Shown here piece by piece: positions 1 to 6,338 of a stretch of 11,101 nucleotides of DNA. The notes under the pieces are model-generated. The model saw only the letters and a list, made by a program, of their open reading frames with translations, did no database searches and had not been told where the DNA came from. A program made the position numbers and the translations under genes. Numbering within the stretch: the stretch's first letter is position 1; every line of letters begins with the position of its first letter. Source of the DNA: Silvanigrellaceae bacterium (GTDB lineage Bacteria > Bdellovibrionota_B > Oligoflexia > Silvanigrellales > Silvanigrellaceae); assembly GCA_049423385.1 (NCBI GenBank), contig JBMSQQ010000105.1, positions 1 through 11,101 on the forward strand. Reading direction: 5' to 3'.

Positions 1-231
1 TTCGAATTCTGGAAAGACACTTTGGGCATCTTCGTTTTGTGTTCCGGAGAGTGGTTCCATTTCAATCGGTAGACTTTCTATTTTCGACAAAATTTGTTCA
101 TCGTTTGCAGAGTCGGAGTGGGCTGTCGTCACGGTGTTTGAAGATTTTATTTTATTGGATTCTTCAGACGGCAGGTTATTTGGGATGATTTGCGCCGAGT
201 TGACCTTTCGAAGAGACAGAAAGTTGATCAT
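1..231 (-). CDS. Hypothetical protein, 5' part only (runs off the left edge), divergent from cpaF
   Basis: Manual translation of the minus strand from ATG at 231-229 is open to position 1: MINFLSLRKVNSAQIIPNNLPSEESNKIKSSNTVTTAHSDSANDEQILSKIESLPIEMEPLSGTQNEDAQSVFPEFE. It is hydrophilic and S/N/E-rich like a real disordered N-terminus. The upstream in-frame stop is at 331-333, and an alternative TTG start lies at 300. It is absent from the ORF track because no stop lies inside the window. Confidence 0.55.
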   Translation of the reverse strand, partial: MINFLSLRKVNSAQIIPNNLPSEESNKIKSSNTVTTAHSDSANDEQILSKIESLPIEMEPLSGTQNEDAQSVFPEFE

Positions 232-373
232 TGAGCTGACTCGCGTGTCGAATGCTGTTGAATTGCAGCCTGACTCCAAAATGGAGATTTGGACAAGCAA
301 GCATCTCGAAGTGCTTCCAGAGGCAACTGTCTACAAGAACCCAAGTTTCAGGAGAGTGGTCGAAAATATTTTG

Positions 374-1450
374 ATGGTTGGGGAGATTTTCGACGCGAAT
401 GGGCGGGTTCACGAGGGCGTAAATCTTCGCACATTGTCCCGGGAAATTTCGTCGCGGATTGCCGATTTTGGTTTTGGAGACCAGGGTCCCGTACATCAGC
501 TCAAATGTTTGGTGAGTCTCTTCTGGATGCTGGTCAGTTATGTGTTCGCTGAGGGGCCACTGACACGTTGGCTTCGAATGTCTGGTACGCAGGAGATTCT
601 GTTCAATGGACACGATGAATGTTGGATCGAGAGAGGCGGCCAATTGTATCGTCATTCTTCGCCATTTGTTTCGTGGGATGATCTTCACGCATGGTTGAGC
701 CGTCAATCGATGCTGGCAGGAGTGGATCTGATCAGCCCACGTGGATGTGTTGATTTTTCAATGGCGTGCGGCGCACGGGTTCACCTCGCGCATGCTCCGG
801 TCTCCCGGAACTTTGGCTATGTTTCGATTCGATGCCATCGCGAGGGTGGTTTTTCACTGGCCGAACTTTCGAGTGCGCAATTGGTTTCCCCCGAACAGTG
901 CGCGATTTTGGAGTCCTGGATCACCGAGCGCAAGAACATTCTGATTGCCGGTGCTACCAGCTCAGGGAAAACGACACTTTTGAAAGCTTTGGTCGAATCG
1001 GTTTCTGCTGATGAACGGATCATCGTTCTGGAAGATGTTGCTGAACTGAAGCTGACGCACGATCATGTGGTCTACCTGCAGACGTTTGAATCATTGGAGC
1101 CAGAAATTCGCCGGTCAATTGGATTGGAATCTCTGGTTCGGGAGGCCTTGCGCATGCGGCCCGACAGGCTCGTTGTTGGCGAATGCAGGGGACACGAAGC
1201 GTTCGCCTTGGTGCAGGCACTCCATACCGGGCACCGAGGATCCATGTCGACGGTGCATGCAAATTCGGCGAAGGACGCCTTGAGTCGCCTGGAAACCATG
1301 ATGATTCGCGCTGAACCTTCGCTCGATTCCCGGGTTGTCAGGACATTGGTTCGCGGCGCATTTGATGCGGTCATTTTTGTTGAGCGTATTCACGGAGTGG
1401 GCCGTCGAATTTCGGGTCTTCATCTGATGCAGGAGCTGGTTGAGCAATGA
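374..1450 (+). CDS. cpaF: CpaF/TadA-family pilus assembly ATPase (VirB11-like secretion ATPase)
   Basis: GPL...EILFNGHDECWIERGG N-domain signature, Walker A GATSSGKTT, Asp box LEDVAEL, ALRMRPDRLVVGECRG (Walker B) and His box HTGHRGSMSTVHANS. The start is uncertain: the ORF track gives 134, but that overlaps the divergent minus-strand ORF, so ATG 374 (or TTG 371 / ATG 281) is preferred. Confidence 0.92.
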   Translation: MVGEIFDANGRVHEGVNLRTLSREISSRIADFGFGDQGPVHQLKCLVSLFWMLVSYVFAEGPLTRWLRMSGTQEILFNGHDECWIERGGQLYRHSSPFVSWDDLHAWLSRQSMLAGVDLISPRGCVDFSMACGARVHLAHAPVSRNFGYVSIRCHREGGFSLAELSSAQLVSPEQCAILESWITERKNILIAGATSSGKTTLLKALVESVSADERIIVLEDVAELKLTHDHVVYLQTFESLEPEIRRSIGLESLVREALRMRPDRLVVGECRGHEAFALVQALHTGHRGSMSTVHANSAKDALSRLETMMIRAEPSLDSRVVRTLVRGAFDAVIFVERIHGVGRRISGLHLMQELVEQ

Positions 1451-2457
1451 AACTGTTCGGTGAGAAGAGTGAGTCATTGCAATGGGAGCAGGGCGACGTG
1501 CTGTTTCGTCGCATTTCTGAGGGACTCACGCGTTCGTCAAACCAGATGCGCCCCGCAGTCATTTGGGCATTGAGTCAGACACCCTGCAGGAGTCTGAGAG
1601 ATTTGTCCCGCAAAGCATGTTTGCCCCTTTCAACGTCTGCAACTGCCACAAATCGGCAGCACAGAGATAAAAATCAGCCGCGGATGCTTCTCGAAGCTGC
1701 TGTTGGTGAACTTGTCAGGCCATCGTCTTCTGCAAATGGGTTTTCGGCTTGGTTTTCGATTTTCAATGAGCTTCATCGTGTTCGGCGGTGGATTCTGCGC
1801 CAGTCTGCGCAATCGCGGATTCAAGCATTTTTTCTGATGGGCTTTGTCCCGCTCGTAAGCATTTTTCTTGGTCTCGCAAACTTGGAGACATTCTCGACGA
1901 ACCTTTCTGTACATCGGGGTCAGCTGATGTTCCTGGTGGCGTTGGCCTTTTACCTTGCGGGAATATTTTGGGTTCGTTCCCTTGTCCGCTCTGGTCAGGG
2001 ACTAGTCTCACCTCGCGGCTTGTCTGACATTCAAGGACGAATCGGCTTCCTCACGGAAATTCTGGCTGCCTCGGCAAACAGTAGCACTCGAATCGGACAA
2101 TTGGGCTCTGCCTGTGCAGGAAGTCAGCGAGTTTCCATCCAAGGATTCGGGCGCAGACTGGGGTGCGGTATCGCTTCGCGGGCAGTTCACGATGCGAGCA
2201 CACTGGGTCATCGGGAAACTGAGGCGATTGAGCTTTTCAATCTCAAAGCTGGGTTTGTGGACCGGCCAGATGGAGGGCATCGTTGGCTTCTGCAGCGTTA
2301 CAGGTCGATTTTCGAGGACTTCCAGGACGAGTGCAGTCGAAGTGCTGCGCTCCTTTCGATGCGACTTTTGTTCCCGATGGCTATTTTTTTCCTACCTGCC
2401 CTGTTTTTGTTTCTGGCTCTGTGCGGTTTTTCCCTGACGATGGATGCGGTAAACTAA
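1447..2457 (+). CDS. Tad inner-membrane platform protein (T2SS protein F-like), apparent TadB-TadC fusion
   Basis: ATGA overlap with the cpaF stop. TadB-like end: QSAQSRIQAFFLMGFVPLVSIF...GQLMFLVALAFYLAGIFWVRSL (two TM segments). A second soluble domain follows, then a TadC-like end: DECSRSAALLSMRLLFPMAIFFLPALFLFLAL. Confidence 0.7.
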   Translation: MKLFGEKSESLQWEQGDVLFRRISEGLTRSSNQMRPAVIWALSQTPCRSLRDLSRKACLPLSTSATATNRQHRDKNQPRMLLEAAVGELVRPSSSANGFSAWFSIFNELHRVRRWILRQSAQSRIQAFFLMGFVPLVSIFLGLANLETFSTNLSVHRGQLMFLVALAFYLAGIFWVRSLVRSGQGLVSPRGLSDIQGRIGFLTEILAASANSSTRIGQLGSACAGSQRVSIQGFGRRLGCGIASRAVHDASTLGHRETEAIELFNLKAGFVDRPDGGHRWLLQRYRSIFEDFQDECSRSAALLSMRLLFPMAIFFLPALFLFLALCGFSLTMDAVN

Positions 2458-2498
2458 ATAATAATTGTCAACTTCATGGTTTTGTTTGGGGGCTGGGT

Positions 2499-3458
2499 AT
2501 GTCGGGATTCGTAAAGCACAGCGTTTTCGCGATGATCACTTTCGCTGCTGTGGCAGCCGCTTGCGAAAAGACAAAATTCCGCAGTACTCAACCCAACCCT
2601 GGGCCTGTCGCATCAGCCACTCCAACGGGTTCGGCCATCAAGTCGCCAGATGAATCCAATGTCCCGAATACGGGTCGTTCACCCGAAATCTACAATCCTC
2701 AGCCGACTCCTAACCAAACCCCCATCATGGGCAACATTCCGCCGAAGACGGGTACAACAGAGACCGTTCCGGGTTTGGGAGGAAAGCCGGTTGTCACAAT
2801 TCCGCCAAAGGTTCCATTCGAAACTCCGGTGAATCAATACCCCAGCATTCCGCCAAACAAGGTCCCGGTTCAGCTGCGCGTTGCCCAGCTGAACTACGAA
2901 GCGTGGTGGAAAAACTGTCTCGTGGTGACCATTGCCAGTGACACGCGCGAAGTGGGCTGCAACAAGACGACTCCGCTCAACACAGTGGTTGAATTTCTTG
3001 CAGACAAAGGCGTTTGCAATCGAATGGAAGTGCGGGTCAAAACCTACTTTCCGGCTCCAGGTGCGTGTCAGGCGGGTCAGCCCTGCAATGGTCCCTACAA
3101 TGCTGCGGTCGACATCGACCGCCGTTCGGGCGACATTTCCTCTTCTGTTTTCTTCAAGGCTTACGATCGGAACAATATCATGAGCCGTGATCCTTTGATT
3201 GCCATCCAGGACAGCGCTGCGGCCATCAAGCAGGAAATGGACGCATACTCGGCAAGTGCGCCACTTAGCCGTTGGGTTCGGGTCTATTTTGAAGATCAAA
3301 AGCGTGAAAATCTTGATGCAGTTGCTTCGAATCCCACCAACTTGTTGCTTCGTGAACAGCGCGGAATCGACTTCAACGACTACGTCTTTGACGTCCGTGC
3401 GCAGGGTGTCGAATACTACATCGACGGACTTGAGCCGATGGGCTGCACCCGCAAGTGA
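2499..3458 (+). CDS. Lipoprotein with Pro/Thr-rich linker and Cys-containing C-terminal domain (DUF4114-like FED...DFND motif)
   Basis: ATG 2499 (not the ORF-track 2283, which overlaps the previous gene) gives the signal peptide MSGFVKHSVFAMITFAAVAAA-C (lipobox-like Cys22). It is followed by a ~100 aa P/T/N-rich linker, six further Cys, and YFEDQ...GIDFNDYVFDV near the C-terminus. 319 aa. Confidence 0.75.
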   Translation: MSGFVKHSVFAMITFAAVAAACEKTKFRSTQPNPGPVASATPTGSAIKSPDESNVPNTGRSPEIYNPQPTPNQTPIMGNIPPKTGTTETVPGLGGKPVVTIPPKVPFETPVNQYPSIPPNKVPVQLRVAQLNYEAWWKNCLVVTIASDTREVGCNKTTPLNTVVEFLADKGVCNRMEVRVKTYFPAPGACQAGQPCNGPYNAAVDIDRRSGDISSSVFFKAYDRNNIMSRDPLIAIQDSAAAIKQEMDAYSASAPLSRWVRVYFEDQKRENLDAVASNPTNLLLREQRGIDFNDYVFDVRAQGVEYYIDGLEPMGCTRK

Positions 3459-3485
3459 ACATTGGTTTTTGGGCCGAGATTTATA

Positions 3486-3511
3486 ATGGGTTGCTCCGGG
3501 GTGCAGCTCAT
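3486..3511 (+). terminator. Possible weak intrinsic terminator after the Tad module
   Basis: ATGGGTTGC (3486-3494) pairs with GCAGCTCAT (3503-3511): 9 bp including two G-U pairs, so plus strand only. The loop is 8 nt and only GTTTGGCTT follows. Confidence 0.35.
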
Positions 3512-3576
3512 GTTTGGCTTAAAAATAGTGCTAAATAAAATCGAAGGCATTCTTTGAAAATTTGACAGACGACAAT

Positions 3577-3617
3577 CCTCCGTATGGGCTATACCTTCTC
3601 CATCCGGAGGTTTTTTT
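3577..3617 (+). promoter_or_regulatory. Hairpin sequestering the Shine-Dalgarno of the TIGR00266 gene, followed by T7
   Basis: CCTCCG (3577-3582) pairs with CGGAGG (3605-3610), then one mismatch, then ATGGG (3584-3588) pairs with TCCAT (3599-3603). SD GGAGG is at 3606-3610, TTTTTTT at 3611-3617 and ATG at 3618. Confidence 0.5.
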
Positions 3618-4406
3618 ATGTCATTGAAGAAATCCGATGAAGTTGATTACCGTATTGAAGGCGACGACATGCAAGCTGTCGTGGTGACTCTCGATCCTGC
3701 AGAAGTGGTTATCGCCGAAGCAGGAGCCATGCTTTACATGACCGATGGTGTGTCGATGCAGACCTCCATGAGCACCGACAAGAACAAGGGTTTTTTCGGA
3801 AATCTCATGAAAGCAGCCGGTCGAATGCTGACGGGCGAAAGTTTTTTCATCACCAACTTTGAAAACACGGGTGGTCAGCGAGCAGACGTTGCTTTTGCTG
3901 CACCTTACCCAGGCAAGATTATTCCTCTTGATCTTTCGACCTATCAGGGTGGCTTCATAGCACAGAAGGACAGCTTTTTGTGCGCAGCACGTGGAACCGA
4001 TGTCTCCATTCATTTCAACCGAAAAATTGGTTCAGGACTTTTTGGCGGTGAAGGTTTCATCCTTGAAAAATTGAGTGGCGACGGATTGGCTTTCATTCAC
4101 GCGGGTGGAACGGTCATCGAGCGTCGGCTTGAGCCGGGCCAGACATTGCGTGTGGACACAGGATGTATTGTTGGATTCGAGTCCACTGTTGATTTCGACA
4201 TTCAATTTGTCGGCGGCTTCAAAAACGCTCTGTTTGGAGGAGAAGGTCTTTGGTTCGCGACCGTCAAAGGTCCTGGCCGGGTCTTCCTTCAAACGCTTCC
4301 GTTTGCGCGTTTGGCAAATCGAATTGCAACTGTGGTTGGAACCGGAAGAAGCACAGAACAGACAGCGGGCGGTTTGCTTGGCGGCCTGATGGGAGATCAT
4401 GATTAA
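3618..4406 (+). CDS. TIGR00266 / AIM24 (DUF124) family protein
   Basis: Typical motifs: IEGDDMQAV, AEAGAMLYM, RMLTGESFF, VAFAAPYPGKI, QKDSFLCAA, GLFGGEGFILEKLSGDGLAFIHAGG, VDTGCIV, LFGGEGLWFATVKGPGRVFLQTLPF. Strong GGAGG RBS. Confidence 0.93.
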   Translation: MSLKKSDEVDYRIEGDDMQAVVVTLDPAEVVIAEAGAMLYMTDGVSMQTSMSTDKNKGFFGNLMKAAGRMLTGESFFITNFENTGGQRADVAFAAPYPGKIIPLDLSTYQGGFIAQKDSFLCAARGTDVSIHFNRKIGSGLFGGEGFILEKLSGDGLAFIHAGGTVIERRLEPGQTLRVDTGCIVGFESTVDFDIQFVGGFKNALFGGEGLWFATVKGPGRVFLQTLPFARLANRIATVVGTGRSTEQTAGGLLGGLMGDHD

Positions 4407-5217
4407 CCTCCTCAAGATCTCTTTTTTCGGGCTTTCATTGCTTGCCACCACGGGGTGCGAGTCTCTCAGCCGTTGGAAGATGGCGGGGACACGTGCTCTT
4501 GTGTCGGTGATTCCCCGTGAAGTGGATCGCCATCTCGGCGAAGCTGCGCAGACAACCCAGGTGCGAGCGCTTGGCAGTGCAGTTGTTCCACCCGAAGCCA
4601 ACACACACGTTTCGGCGCTCGCTGCACCACTTTTGAAGATGGTGAGCCTGAGTCCGCTCGAGCCTCGTGTTCAGGTTGTTGCGTCCGACCTTCCCAACGC
4701 CTTTGCATTCCCACATGGTGGAATTTTCGTCACAACAAAACTGATTCAGATTTCAAAATCTCCGGAAGAAATTCTTTCTGTGTTGGCTCATGAGGTTGCT
4801 CATGTTGTGCAGCGCCACTCGATGCAGCAGCTGGTCACCCAGGCTGGAATGACCATTGCCATCAGTACTGTTTTTGGCGATCTGGGAGCACTGGGAGACA
4901 TTGCGTCTGCGGGTGGCACTTTGCTGGGCCTCAAATTTTCACGCGATCACGAGAGGGAAGCAGATGCCGTTGGGGTTGAGATTCTAAGAAAAGCCGGGCT
5001 TCCCTTGAATGGAATGTCGGCATTTTTCGAGCGAATGGATGAGTTTGAAAAATCGCAGAGCAAGATGCCCATCAACGAAAATGTGATGAGCTTTCTGCAA
5101 ACGCACCCAAGAACGGAAGAGAGAATTGAAACTGCTCGTGCATTGGTTTCGGAGCCCGGAGTCCAGACTCCTCGAGCCGTCAAGGATGCTTTTCTGCGCC
5201 TGAAGAAGTTATTTTAA
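4399..5217 (+). CDS. M48-family zinc metallopeptidase, predicted lipoprotein
   Basis: PNAFAFPHGGIFV, LAHEVAH (HExxH), FSRDHEREAD (third ligand Glu region) and FLQTHP. Signal peptide MINLLKISFFGLSLLATTG-C. 8-nt overlap with the upstream gene. Confidence 0.92.
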   Translation: MINLLKISFFGLSLLATTGCESLSRWKMAGTRALVSVIPREVDRHLGEAAQTTQVRALGSAVVPPEANTHVSALAAPLLKMVSLSPLEPRVQVVASDLPNAFAFPHGGIFVTTKLIQISKSPEEILSVLAHEVAHVVQRHSMQQLVTQAGMTIAISTVFGDLGALGDIASAGGTLLGLKFSRDHEREADAVGVEILRKAGLPLNGMSAFFERMDEFEKSQSKMPINENVMSFLQTHPRTEERIETARALVSEPGVQTPRAVKDAFLRLKKLF

Positions 5218-5276
5218 TAAATTCCGATGATAGACTTCCCGAAAGACACGAAACATGTCGATCGGAGGATGCATCT

Positions 5277-6278
5277 TTGCGTCGGGCAACTGCTTTTTTC
5301 GTCAATTTGGGTTTGTCGACACTTTTACTTCTGAATGGATGCACGACCGTCACGACTCATCCTTCCATTCAGGAGCCTGCTTCAAAAGTTATTTCCGGTG
5401 AGCAAATGGAAACGCGGATCAGGAAGCCCGGGCCAATGATGGTCACTCGTTTCATTGGCGCAAGCTGGGAAGGCAAACTGGGTGGATTGCTGAATCTCAA
5501 TCATCCCGCTTCTGTGAAGGCGGGACTCAAGGACAGACAAGAGTCAATACAGATCTACTCTTATCTCATTGATCATCCTGTGCATGGTTCATATTTTGTG
5601 GATTCGGGAATCAGTCATGCAGTCCGCAGCGACCCGCTTGGTTTTCTCGGTTTTCCCTTGAATCTTTTCGTGCGCACTGAAAAGCTGAAATTTTCAGAGA
5701 CGACAGCCGAAATTCTCGAGCGTCATGCAAAACACAAATCCCTGCGTGGTGTTTTTCTAACCCACATGCATATGGATCACCTCTTGGGCATGCCGGATTT
5801 TTCTTCTGATATTCCGATATTTGTCGGCGCGGGGGAATTGGCGACCTCGTCATTCAAGAATCGCATTTTCAGGTCCGTCATTGACAAATTGTTGGTTGGA
5901 AAAGCTCCACTCCGTGAGCTTGGATTTCGAGTTGTCTCTGCATCAATGGGTGCCGAGGTGATCGACTATTTTGGTGATGGCAGTTTCTTTATTGTACCGG
6001 CACCTGGACATACTGCTGGCTCCCTGGTGTTTGTTGCTGCAACGCCACAAGGACCTGTCTTGCTCACCGGTGACTCCTGCCACACATCCTTCGGCTGGAG
6101 AAATGGAGTTGAACCTGGTTCATATTCAGAGTCTCAACAGGAAAATGCGGAGGTCCTGCAATACCTCAAATCGCTTTCCGCGAGACACCCAAGCATGACC
6201 GTTTATTTGGGACATCAAGATCTGAAGACAGACGTTGACGGGAATAATAATAACGAGGCAGGAAGCAGCCCCCAGTGA
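5277..6278 (+). CDS. Metallo-beta-lactamase-fold hydrolase (AHL-lactonase-like motif set), predicted lipoprotein
   Basis: FVDSG, THMHMDH (HxHxDH), DYFGDGS, PGHTAGS, LLTGDSCH and terminal YLGH. Lipobox LLLNG-C. TTG start 8 nt after GGAGG (5264-5268). Confidence 0.88.
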   Translation: MRRATAFFVNLGLSTLLLLNGCTTVTTHPSIQEPASKVISGEQMETRIRKPGPMMVTRFIGASWEGKLGGLLNLNHPASVKAGLKDRQESIQIYSYLIDHPVHGSYFVDSGISHAVRSDPLGFLGFPLNLFVRTEKLKFSETTAEILERHAKHKSLRGVFLTHMHMDHLLGMPDFSSDIPIFVGAGELATSSFKNRIFRSVIDKLLVGKAPLRELGFRVVSASMGAEVIDYFGDGSFFIVPAPGHTAGSLVFVAATPQGPVLLTGDSCHTSFGWRNGVEPGSYSESQQENAEVLQYLKSLSARHPSMTVYLGHQDLKTDVDGNNNNEAGSSPQ

Positions 6279-6314
6279 AAGTTCCCGCTTGAAATTGCCT
6301 TCCCTTTCACTGGG
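6271..6314. repeat. Perfect 11-bp inverted repeat at the junction of convergent genes
   Basis: CCCAGTGAAAG (6271-6281) and CTTTCACTGGG (6304-6314) with a 22-nt spacer. It overlaps the MBL stop codon and has no U-tract. Confidence 0.55.
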
Positions 6315-6338
6315 TCAGTCTGCAAGATTCATTGAAGG

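Noticed and set aside
2..25. SNSGKTLW in the cpaF frame, resembling a second Walker A motif at the window edge
   Set aside because: The downstream residues do not look like a P-loop domain, and the region is better explained as the antisense shadow of the minus-strand ORF. It cannot be fully excluded without upstream sequence.
2283..2498. ORF-track N-terminal extension of the Pro-rich lipoprotein
   Set aside because: It overlaps the TadBC-like gene by 175 nt and would bury the signal peptide. ATG 2499 fits better.
2679..3299. Long antisense or alternate-frame ORFs (also 176-706, 4032-4604, 7589-8158, 10492-10872)
   Set aside because: They lie on top of well-supported genes, lack recognisable motifs or RBSs, and are expected shadow ORFs.
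3482..3567. Perfect TATAAT (3482-3487) and TTGACA (3562-3567) hexamers
   Set aside because: Neither has a partner element at 16-18 nt spacing and they are in the wrong order, so no promoter is called.
5224..5266. Hammerhead-ribozyme-like words CCGATGA...CGAAA...GTC
   Set aside because: The core deviates from CUGAnGA, stem II does not pair, and stem III would have no loop.
6243..6254. AAT trinucleotide run encoding NNNN at the MBL C-terminus
   Set aside because: Only four units, in frame and in a disordered tail. Too short to suggest phase variation.
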